This document shows, one piece after another, positions 17,719 through 24,834 of a stretch of DNA of 32,000 nt. A program made the position numbers and the translations under genes. Numbering within the stretch: the stretch's first letter is position 1; each line of letters starts with the position of its first letter. Source of the stretch: Pseudomonas aeruginosa. GTDB lineage: Bacteria > Pseudomonadota > Gammaproteobacteria > Pseudomonadales > Pseudomonadaceae. The stretch is taken from contig NZ_LN831024.1 in assembly GCF_001457615.1 (NCBI RefSeq), forward strand, positions 2,340,001-2,372,000. Direction: 5' to 3'. The notes beneath the pieces were generated by a model. That model worked only from the letters and a program-made list of their open reading frames with translations, searched no databases and had not been told where the DNA came from.

Positions 17719-18060
17719 TCAGCCTCGCGCCAGTTGCAGGAGACGGGCGCGCTCCTGCATCAGCGGCCGGCAACTGCGGATGCCTTCGACGATGCTGTAG
17801 AGGCTTTCGATCTGCTGCTGGCTGAGGCTGTTGTTCTGGGCCCAGCCGAGCAACTGCAGCCAGGTCCAGCGGGCGATGGTCTCGCTCTGCGTCTCGGCCT
17901 TCCTGCGGTCGTCCCCGTCGCTCTGTCCGACCAGGGTCTCCACCAGCCCCGAGGCGCACAACGGCAGCAGCTCCCGGTACTGCTCCGGGTGCGTGTCGCG
18001 TAGGCGACGCAGGGCCATTATGGCGGTGGTTATCGAGTCTGAATCCAAGCTTTTGTTCAC
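17719..18060 (-). CDS. Hypothetical 113-aa protein translationally coupled to bswR (from memory PA2781)
   Basis: The GTG start overlaps the bswR TGA (GTGA). AAGGAG lies 6 nt upstream, inside the bswR 3' end. Codon usage is coding-like. I recognise no motif. Confidence 0.75.
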   Translation of the reverse strand: MNKSLDSDSITTAIMALRRLRDTHPEQYRELLPLCASGLVETLVGQSDGDDRRKAETQSETIARWTWLQLLGWAQNNSLSQQQIESLYSIVEGIRSCRPLMQERARLLQLARG

Positions 18061-18401
18061 AGTTCACTCCTTGTGCGTACAGGCTGGCGGCTGGTTGATC
18101 CCTGGGCCGCGAGCAACTGTTCGATGAAACGCGTCAGCTCTTTCTTGAACTCGGGTGTCAGGCTGGACACCTTGAGGATGAGCTCGGCCAGCTCGTCCTC
18201 GGGGCAATAGAGGTAGGCCATGGGGACCTGGAGGACCATGGCCAGCTGTTCGGAAGTCCGCATGTTGGGGGAGTGCCGTTCGCGTTCGTATTGGTTCATC
18301 CGTGCGCTGGCGGAAAACTCGTCCATTCCCACCAGCATGCCCAACTGTTTCTGCGAGTATCCCGCTCTGATTCTTGCGGCTTTTAGCCGGGTACCTAGCA
18401 T
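18057..18401 (-). CDS. bswR: XRE-family HTH transcriptional regulator (BswR, from memory PA2780)
   Basis: MLGTRLKAARIRAGYSQKQLGMLVGMDEFSASARMNQYERERHSPN is an XRE/Cro-type HTH. The ATG at 18401 has gggag 8 nt upstream. The track TTG at 18437 is an alternative start. Confidence 0.85.
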   Translation of the reverse strand: MLGTRLKAARIRAGYSQKQLGMLVGMDEFSASARMNQYERERHSPNMRTSEQLAMVLQVPMAYLYCPEDELAELILKVSSLTPEFKKELTRFIEQLLAAQGSTSRQPVRTRSEL

Positions 18402-18808
18402 CCATACAACTCCCGTCCCGTTGGCCCGCTCGCTCAAGGTTGGGCAAATCTGGACAAGATGGAAGCTCAGGAATCCTTAGTTTTCGCCGTGCCGGAGGCT
18501 CTGTCGTCCGGGGCGGCGCGCGGTTTCGACGCCGTGTACGAGGCTGCGGCGGGGATATGCGTCGATGTCGCCGAGATCGCGCATGCTCCGGTTTTCTCGC
18601 GGCGAGCCGGAGTATATGCGAATTGCATAAAGGCGGACGCCGTTTCGTCGCCTGGGGGCGGCGGGTCGTCGTCTCGCCAGAGGGGCGGGCATCGGCGCCG
18701 AGGCGGCGGAAAACGGCGATCGGGACGATACTCAGGAAAGGTGGGCGTTGCGGAACCAAGCCTCGCCTTCCAGGACTAATAGCCGGGTTTCACGCAGAGG
18801 TCATTCCC

Positions 18809-19207
18809 ATGAGAACAACAACAAGCATCCGCCGTGTCGCTGCCGTCCTGGCAGCGCTGCACCTGCTCACCTTCGCCGAGGTTCCGCTCGCCCAGGCAGC
18901 GATGATCGGTACTGCGGAAGTCATGCAGCAACAACAGCACAACCTCGATCGCCAGCAACTGCTGAAGATGCTCGACGACCAGGGCGTCCAGAAGAAGCTG
19001 GAGGCCATGGGCGTGCCCCGCGACCAGGTGGCGAGTCGCATCAACAGCCTGACCAACGCCGAGCTGGCGCAGTTCAACCAGCAGCTGGACCAGGCGCCGG
19101 CGGGCGGCATCATCGGCATCATCGTGTTGTTCCTGGTGATCTTCATCATCACCGACATGCTTTGCGCCACGGATATCTTCAGCTTCATCAAATGCATCAA
19201 TCGGTGA
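18809..19207 (+). CDS. Exported 132-aa protein of the PA2779 type: signal peptide, Gln-rich helical region, double-glycine-like motif, C-terminal hydrophobic Cys-containing segment
   Basis: MRTTTSIRRVAAVLAALHLLTFAEVPLAQA|AM is a Sec signal. The sequence then reads ...SLTNAELAQFNQQLDQAPAGG|IIGIIVLFLVIFIITDMLCATDIFSFIKCINR. Confidence 0.8.
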   Translation: MRTTTSIRRVAAVLAALHLLTFAEVPLAQAAMIGTAEVMQQQQHNLDRQQLLKMLDDQGVQKKLEAMGVPRDQVASRINSLTNAELAQFNQQLDQAPAGGIIGIIVLFLVIFIITDMLCATDIFSFIKCINR

Positions 19208-20169
19208 GGCGGCTGGCAGGGGCACTGCTGGTCTCCGCAATGCTCGGCGGCTGCGCGCAGCCGCCGAGACTGCCGCCGGAAAGCGCGGCGCTGCCCGCAC
19301 GGGTGGAGCTGCGCGAAGTGCCGTTCTTCCCCCAGGAAGCCTACCAGTGCGGTCCCGCCGCGCTGGCCACGATGCTTGGCCAGCGCGGCCTGGCGTTGAC
19401 GCCGGGGCAATTGAAGGACGAGGTGTTCATTCCCGGTCGCGAGGGCAGCCTGCAATTGGAGATGGTCGCCGCGGTGCGCCGCCACGGCATGCTGGTCTAT
19501 CCGCTGCAAGGCGGACTGGAGAGCGTGCTCGAGGAGGTCGCGGCGGGCAACCCGGTGCTGGTGTTACAGAACCAGGCTTTCTCCTGGTGGCCGCGCTGGC
19601 ACTTCGCGGTGGTGGTCGGTTTCGATCGGGAGCGCCGCGAACTGGTGCTGCGCTCGGGCATCACCCGGCGCTGGGTTACCGACTTCACCAGCTTCGAGTC
19701 GACCTGGAAGCGTTCGGGGCGCTGGGCGGTGCTGACCCTGCCGGGTGACCGCCTGCCGGCCACGGCAGCGGCGGTCCCGTGGCTCAAGGCCGCCAGTGAC
19801 AGCGAGGAAACCGGCCACCCCAAGGTTGCCCGGCGTGCCTACGAAGAAGCCGTGCGACGCTGGCCTGAGGACGCCTTCGCCTGGTTTGCCCTAGGCAACA
19901 GTCGCTACGCCGCAGGCGATTCCGCCGCTGCCGAACAGGCCATGCTCACCAGCGTCGAGCGTCGCGTGGATTTCGCCGCGGGTTGGTTCAACCTGTCCCA
20001 GTTGCTGGCGGAACGCGGTTGCGCGGCGCCGGCGCGCCAGGCGCAGGCCTGCGCGCGGGCATTGCAGCCTGGGGATGCCCGCTTCGCTGCGGCCTTGCCG
20101 CAGGCCGTCGCACCCGCGGCTCGGTGCGCCGAGCTGCCGGCCTGTCCCGTTGGCGCACCGCCCCGCTGA
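19192..20169 (+). CDS. Lipoprotein C39-like (papain-fold) cysteine peptidase with C-terminal TPR repeats (PA2778 type)
   Basis: MHQSVRRLAGALLVSAMLGGC has a lipobox. QEAYQCGPAALATML is the catalytic Cys motif and PRWHFAVVVGFD the catalytic His motif. The TPR-like tail reads AYEEAVRRWPEDAFAWFALGNSRYAAGDSAAAEQAM. The ATG overlaps the upstream gene by 16 nt. The 473-aa track ORF is an off-frame extension. Confidence 0.85.
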   Translation: MHQSVRRLAGALLVSAMLGGCAQPPRLPPESAALPARVELREVPFFPQEAYQCGPAALATMLGQRGLALTPGQLKDEVFIPGREGSLQLEMVAAVRRHGMLVYPLQGGLESVLEEVAAGNPVLVLQNQAFSWWPRWHFAVVVGFDRERRELVLRSGITRRWVTDFTSFESTWKRSGRWAVLTLPGDRLPATAAAVPWLKAASDSEETGHPKVARRAYEEAVRRWPEDAFAWFALGNSRYAAGDSAAAEQAMLTSVERRVDFAAGWFNLSQLLAERGCAAPARQAQACARALQPGDARFAAALPQAVAPAARCAELPACPVGAPPR

Positions 20170-20241
20170 GGCGGCCGAGCCGAAGGTTGTCGGAACCCCG
20201 TTCCAGCGAGACGGCTCTATACCTGGGAGGACCCCACTCAG

Positions 20242-21207
20242 GTGCAGAACATGGCCAACGACAAGCGGACTTCGCCCCCCACCCCCCGGCAACCGGCCAA
20301 GGGCGGTGCGGCGGGCAAGCGCCAGGGGCATGCGGCGGAGGGCACGCGCAAGCCGCGTGCGCGCGGCGAGGAGCGGAAAGAGAAACCGGCCGACGGACGT
20401 TCGGCCACGGCGCTGACCGCCAACGAGCGGCGGGAGATCGACGACAAGCAGCCACCGCGCGCCGCTGTCCTGCACGAGGTGATTCGCGTCCAGGGCGAAC
20501 ACGAGTTGCAGCGCACGCTGGCGGCACTCTGGTGGTCGGCGGTGGCCGCGGGGCTGACCATCGGCCTCTCGTTGATGGGCATGGGCCTGTTCCGCGCTGC
20601 CTTGCCCGAGCAGGAGTGGGCGATCATCGTCAGCAGCTTCGGCTATCCCATGGGCTTCCTGGCAGTGATCCTCGCCCGCCAGCAACTGTTCACCGAAAAC
20701 ACCCTGACCGCCGTGTTGCCGGTGATGACCGAGCCGACCCTGGAAAAGGCCTGGCAACTGTTGCGTCTCTGGAGCGTGGTGCTGTTCGGCAATATCGTCG
20801 GTACGCTGCTGTTCGCCTGGGCGGTGCTGCATCTGCCGATATTCAATGAAGCGGCCGACGCGGCGTTCCTTGAGATCGGCCGCGAGGTGATGCACAACGA
20901 CCTGGCGCAAATGTTCGCCAAGGGCATCGTTTCCGGCTGGATGATCGCCACCATGGTCTGGCTGATCCCGGCGGCGGAGGGCGCGAAGATCTGGATCATC
21001 GCGATGGTCACCTACCTGATGGCGCTGGGCAGCTTCACCCACATCGTGGTGGGCTCGGCGGAGGTAGGCTACCTGGCGTTCGCCGGGGAAATCGGCTGGA
21101 CCGAGTTCCTGCTGAAGTTCGCCCTGCCTACCCTGGGCGGCAACATCGTCGGCGGTAGCCTGATCTTCGCCCTGATCAGTCATGCGCAGATCCGTAGCGA
21201 AGGTTGA
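20242..21207 (+). CDS. Formate/nitrite transporter (FNT) family channel with a long basic N-terminal extension
   Basis: FNT-like helices and loops (LFTENTLTAV, GNIVGTLLF, FTHIVVGSAEV, LGGNIVGGSLIFAL). The start is the GTG at 20242 (GGGAGG 11 nt upstream) or the ATG at 20251. Confidence 0.85.
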   Translation: MQNMANDKRTSPPTPRQPAKGGAAGKRQGHAAEGTRKPRARGEERKEKPADGRSATALTANERREIDDKQPPRAAVLHEVIRVQGEHELQRTLAALWWSAVAAGLTIGLSLMGMGLFRAALPEQEWAIIVSSFGYPMGFLAVILARQQLFTENTLTAVLPVMTEPTLEKAWQLLRLWSVVLFGNIVGTLLFAWAVLHLPIFNEAADAAFLEIGREVMHNDLAQMFAKGIVSGWMIATMVWLIPAAEGAKIWIIAMVTYLMALGSFTHIVVGSAEVGYLAFAGEIGWTEFLLKFALPTLGGNIVGGSLIFALISHAQIRSEG

Positions 21208-21218
21208 GGCGCGGATGG

Positions 21219-21248
21219 AAAAAACGGCACCCCGGGGTGCCGTTCTGT
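21219..21248. terminator. Bidirectional intrinsic terminator between convergent genes
   Basis: Perfect 20-nt palindrome acggcaccccggggtgccgt (21224-21243) flanked by an A-run upstream and ttctgt downstream. Confidence 0.6.
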
Positions 21249-21257
21249 CGACGCGGA

Positions 21258-22541
21258 CTAGACCCCGAGCTTGTCGCGCAGGCTGTAGTACCAGGCGCCG
21301 ATGGCGGTGAACGGTACGCGGAACAGCTTGCCGCCGGGGAAGGGGTAGTGCGGCAGGCCGGCGAAAGCGTCGAAGCGCTCGGCCTGGCCGCGCAGGGCTT
21401 CGGCCAGGACCTTGCCGGCGACGTGGGTGTAGGTCACGCCGTGGCCGCTGCAACCCTGGGAATAGTAGATGTTGTCGCCGATGCGGCCGACCTGGGGCAG
21501 GCGCGAGAGGGTCAGCAGGAAGTTGCCGGTCCAGGCGAAGTCGATCTTCACGTCCTTCAGTTGCGGGAAGGTCTTGAGCATCTTCGGCCGGATGATCGCC
21601 TCGATGTCCGCCGGATCGCGAGCGCCATAGATCACGCCGCCACCATAGATCAGGCGCTTGTCGCCGGAGAGGCGATAGTAGTCGAGCAGGTAATTGCAGT
21701 CTTCCACGCAGTAGTCCTGCGGCAGCAGGCTGTGGGCCAGTTCCTCGTTCAGCGGCTCGGTGGTGATCACCTGGGTGCCGCAGGGCATCGACTTGGCCGC
21801 CAGTTCCGGGACCAGGCCGTTGAGGTAGGCGTTACCGGCGACCACGATGAACTTCGCCTTCACCTTGCCTTGCGGGGTATGCACCACCGGGCTGGCGCCG
21901 CGCTCGATGCGGGTCGCCGGGCTCTGCTCGTAGATTCTGCCGCCGAGCGACTCCACCGCCGCCGCTTCGCCGAGGGCGAGGTTCAGCGGATGGATGTGGC
22001 CGCCGCTCATGTCGAGCATGCCACCTATATAGTTGTCGGTCGCCACCACCTCGCGGATGCGCTTGGCGTCCATGATCTCCAATTGGTTGTGGCCGTAGCG
22101 TTCCCACAACTGTTTCTGCGCGCGCAGGTGATCCATCTGCTTCTCGGTGAAGGCGGCGAACACCCCGCCGTCCTTCAGGTCGCATTGGATACCGTAGCGG
22201 GCCACGCGCTCGCGGATGATGCGCCCGCCTTCGAAGGCCATCTCGCCGAGCAACTGCGCTTCGCGCTTGCCGACGGTGCGCTCGATCACGTCGATGTCGC
22301 GGCTGTAGCTGTTGACGATCTGGCCGCCGTTGCGCCCGGAAGCGCCGAAGCCGACCTTGGCGGCTTCCAGTACGGTGACCTTGAAACCATTCTCCAACAG
22401 GAACAGGGCGGTGGAGAGGCCGGTATAGCCGGCACCGATCACGCAGACGTCGGTTTCGACCTCGCCCTGGAGTTCCGGGCGGGGCGGCGCGGGATTGGCC
22501 GACGCGGCGTAATAGGAGGAGGGGTAGGGGGTGTGCGGCAT
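21258..22541 (-). CDS. pauB3: FAD-dependent gamma-glutamylpolyamine oxidoreductase (PuuB-like; from memory pauB3, PA2776)
   Basis: 427 aa. Contains the dinucleotide-binding motif DVCVIGAGYTGLSTA and DAO-family features. Confidence 0.85.
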   Translation of the reverse strand: MPHTPYPSSYYAASANPAPPRPELQGEVETDVCVIGAGYTGLSTALFLLENGFKVTVLEAAKVGFGASGRNGGQIVNSYSRDIDVIERTVGKREAQLLGEMAFEGGRIIRERVARYGIQCDLKDGGVFAAFTEKQMDHLRAQKQLWERYGHNQLEIMDAKRIREVVATDNYIGGMLDMSGGHIHPLNLALGEAAAVESLGGRIYEQSPATRIERGASPVVHTPQGKVKAKFIVVAGNAYLNGLVPELAAKSMPCGTQVITTEPLNEELAHSLLPQDYCVEDCNYLLDYYRLSGDKRLIYGGGVIYGARDPADIEAIIRPKMLKTFPQLKDVKIDFAWTGNFLLTLSRLPQVGRIGDNIYYSQGCSGHGVTYTHVAGKVLAEALRGQAERFDAFAGLPHYPFPGGKLFRVPFTAIGAWYYSLRDKLGV

Positions 22542-22673
22542 CTTGCACCTCTGTTTTTTATTTTTTACGGATGCCCGGATGCTACCCGAGTCGAAATCGG
22601 CCGGCTAGCCTCCGTGCAAAATTTTCAACGGACCCCCAGAAAATAAAAATTCCACTTTTTCAGAGAGTTAGCG

Positions 22674-22711
22674 AAAAAAAAGCTTGACGGTGTTTTTGGG
22701 GTCTGTAGAAT
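22674..22711 (+). promoter_or_regulatory. Sigma70 promoter of tRNA-Val with A-tract UP-like element and GC-rich discriminator
   Basis: aaaaaaaa (22674-22681), TTGACG (22684-22689), 16-nt spacer, TAGAAT (22706-22711), then gcgcgcc. The tRNA 5' end lies 14 nt downstream. Confidence 0.6.
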
Positions 22712-22724
22712 GCGCGCCATCAGC

Positions 22725-22801
22725 AGGCACGTAGCTCAGTTGGTTAGAGCACCACCTTGACATGGTGGGGGTCGTTGGTTCGAATCCAATCGTGCCTACC
22801 A
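22725..22801 (+). tRNA. tRNA-Val, anticodon GAC, with encoded CCA
   Basis: Cloverleaf read by hand: acceptor AGGCACG/CGTGCCT, D-arm GCTC-AGTTGGTTA-GAGC, anticodon stem CCACC/GGTGG with loop TTGACAT, T-arm GTTGG-TTCGAAT-CCAAT, discriminator A and CCA. Confidence 0.95.
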
Positions 22802-22833
22802 AACAAATCCCGCGCTGCTGGCGGGGCAAGAAA

Positions 22834-22859
22834 GGCGATCCGAAAGGGTCGCCTTTTTT
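22834..22859 (+). terminator. Intrinsic terminator after tRNA-Val
   Basis: ggcgatcc-gaaa-gggtcgcc followed by TTTTTT. Confidence 0.8.
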
Positions 22860-22971
22860 CGTTTGCGCCCCGAAAAAGGCCGCTCGGCCCGTGCTCGCCT
22901 GGGCTCGCGCTTCATCGCATAGCCGCTATTGACAGCGGGGGCGGTCTTTTCCGACCCTAGCGCCTTCACGG

Positions 22972-23430
22972 ATGATTCAGGCGACAAGGCTCATGACGAC
23001 CTCTTCCGGTTCGCGTATCGGCGGACTTCTTCACGCTTCCCTTTTTTCCCTGCTCGGACTCGGTCTCCTGCTCGCCGGCGGTTTCAAGACCGTCGAGCGG
23101 TACCATTTCCTGCGTACTGCGCAGGAAGCCCAGGGGACGGTCAGCGCCTTGAATGCCGGCGGTTCGCATCCGCAGATCGATTTCACCAGCGTTTCCGGCG
23201 AGCGGATTTCCTATCCCCAGGGCGGCTTCATCTTCGGCTACCAGGTGGGCGAGTCGGTTCGCGTCCTCTACGAGGCTGGGCGGCCGGCGGCCAGCGCGAT
23301 AGTCGACGATGCCGGCGCGCTCTGGGGAACCAGCGCTTTCCTCTGCGGCTTCGGCGCACTCTTCGGTATTGTCGGGTTCAGGGGATTGCTGGGCCTGCGT
23401 TCTTCCCAACCGACCTCAAAAGGACATTGA
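22972..23430 (+). CDS. tsi4: DUF3592-like two-TM membrane protein; immunity partner of the downstream toxin (from memory Tsi4, PA2775)
   Basis: TM helix (LLHASLFSLLGLGLLLAGGF), a beta-rich middle section and a C-terminal TM helix (SAFLCGFGALFGIVGF). The stop lies 4 nt before the next start. An alternative start is M8 (22993). Confidence 0.7.
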   Translation: MIQATRLMTTSSGSRIGGLLHASLFSLLGLGLLLAGGFKTVERYHFLRTAQEAQGTVSALNAGGSHPQIDFTSVSGERISYPQGGFIFGYQVGESVRVLYEAGRPAASAIVDDAGALWGTSAFLCGFGALFGIVGFRGLLGLRSSQPTSKGH

Positions 23431-23434
23431 AGTC

Positions 23435-24022
23435 ATGTCGCAACTTCCCATTCCCTTGCCCCTCAACGAGAGTCGCTGGCGCTACGTGACGGCCAGTGGC
23501 GGAGGCATGACCGTGGCCTTCCTGGCGGGTAGCGGCGGCTCCATCACGTTGCTCTCGCCGGAGGGTGAGAACGTGTCCTTCCGCTATGGCGGGGTGGGCG
23601 GCGGGATCGGACTGGGCATGCGCCTGCCGCGCTTCGGCAAGGTCAACCTCAATGTCAAGGGCAAGAGCGTTGGCGGGGCCGGTGCGCTGGAGGCGTTGCC
23701 GAGCACCGGAACCGTCTTGGTCGCGGACGGCCTGGTGGGGCGCGACCTGTCCCGCGGCGACTTCACCGGGCCCTGCATGTACGTCGAACTCGGCGCGGGA
23801 GTCATCGCCGGCGGTTCGGGCACGGCGATCCTCTTCGGCCTCGATCCCAAGCTGCTGGCGGCGGTGGCGCTGGCGAGCGCCTCGCCATTGACCGCCGCGC
23901 TGGGCGCCAGCATGTCGCGGCAATTACTGCAATCGTCCCGTGGCGCCCTGTTGATGGCCGGGGTCAACGTCGGTGCACAGTTCGGCGGCGGCGCGGCGGC
24001 TTACCTGGGGGCGTTGTTCTGA
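23435..24022 (+). CDS. tse4: Glycine-zipper-rich membrane-active toxin without signal peptide (from memory H1-T6SS effector Tse4, PA2774)
   Basis: 195 aa. Contains GGVGGGIGLGM, GAGVIAGGSGTAILFGL and AGVNVGAQFGGGAAAYLGALF (GxxxG-type repeats). RBS aagga is upstream. The track ORF from 23309 is an upstream extension. Confidence 0.7.
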   Translation: MSQLPIPLPLNESRWRYVTASGGGMTVAFLAGSGGSITLLSPEGENVSFRYGGVGGGIGLGMRLPRFGKVNLNVKGKSVGGAGALEALPSTGTVLVADGLVGRDLSRGDFTGPCMYVELGAGVIAGGSGTAILFGLDPKLLAAVALASASPLTAALGASMSRQLLQSSRGALLMAGVNVGAQFGGGAAAYLGALF

Positions 24023-24029
24023 TGCAGGA

Positions 24030-24056
24030 GGGCGATCCGGGAGGATCGCCCTTTTT
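24030..24056 (+). terminator. Intrinsic terminator after tse4
   Basis: Perfect 9-bp stem gggcgatcc-ggga-ggatcgccc followed by TTTTT. Confidence 0.85.
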
Positions 24057-24235
24057 ACCTTGCGCAGGCGTGCGGCGGCCAGGGCTCCGTTGAGTTCCAT
24101 GGCCAGCGGGGCGGTGGCGGAAATCGTTACCGGCGCGGGGAACGGTCGTCGGAGATTCCGAACCGGCGTGGATCGGTTCTTTCCAAACAAGCCCATCCAC
24201 TCGTTCGAGGTGTCGTGCTTGTGTCCAGGTTGATC

Positions 24236-24742
24236 ATGCCCGGAGGGCCGTTGTCGCAAGAATCCGATGTCCGGATCTTCTGTTCAGCCAAGGAGCGGCT
24301 GGACTTCTACCGGCGGGAAATCCACTACGAGACGGGCCAGCTATCCAGTCGGACCAACGCCTACCTGACGGCGCAGTCGTTCCTGGTCATCGCCTATGCC
24401 TCGTCGATGGCCAACCTGAACCCGGCCTGGGGCGAGCTGTTCACCCTGGTGGTGCCGGCGCTCCTGGCACTGCTCGGGATCGTCAATTCCCTGCATGCCT
24501 GGCCGGGCATCCAGGCATCCTCGGAGATCATCTGCCACTGGCAGTTCAAGCAGTCCTGCCTGTTGCACAGCGATCCGGAGATCGGCCTGGCCTACGATGA
24601 TTCGCCATTGTTCAGCGAACGCGAGGTCAACCGCGGCAGCTTCGAGAAAACCTTGCTGTTCTCGCGACGCGTGCCGTTCCTGTTCGCCGGCTTCTGGTGT
24701 GCGCTGGGCGTGTTTTCGCTCTGGTTGCAACTGGCCGGTTAG
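24236..24742 (+). CDS. Hypothetical 3-TM membrane protein with a cytoplasmic N-terminal helix
   Basis: MPGGPLSQESDVRIFCSAKERLDFYRREIHYETGQLSSRTNAYLTAQSFLVIAY... with three hydrophobic segments. The GTG at 24215 is an alternative start. Confidence 0.7.
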   Translation: MPGGPLSQESDVRIFCSAKERLDFYRREIHYETGQLSSRTNAYLTAQSFLVIAYASSMANLNPAWGELFTLVVPALLALLGIVNSLHAWPGIQASSEIICHWQFKQSCLLHSDPEIGLAYDDSPLFSEREVNRGSFEKTLLFSRRVPFLFAGFWCALGVFSLWLQLAG

Positions 24743-24834
24743 CGCTGGTGGCCCATCGCTTCGGCAAGGCTTGGCGTTGGCGGAGGCTTGCCGGCTCGAT
24801 AGGCGGGCGCCGTCGGATCCGGGAACGCCCGGCG

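Noticed and set aside
18748-20169. 473-aa version of the peptidase ORF (also 6042..7529 at 495 aa, 24495..25490 at 331 aa and 13748..14593 at 281 aa)
   Set aside because: Only the 3' portions look coding. Internal starts with an RBS and signal or lipobox sequences (19192, 6933, 25269, 13966) explain the genes. The 5' extensions overlap neighbouring real genes or read as low-complexity sequence.
22600-22622. Sigma54-like element upstream of pauB3 (minus strand ttTGCACGgaggcTAGCc)
   Set aside because: The -24 GG dinucleotide is missing (TG instead) and the -12 element reads TAGC rather than TTGC. The match is too degenerate to call.
22929-22958. Sigma70 promoter for tsi4 (TTGACA at 22929-22934)
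   Set aside because: The -35 element is perfect, but no acceptable -10 hexamer lies 16-18 nt downstream (gaccct/ccctag). It is not supported well enough to list.
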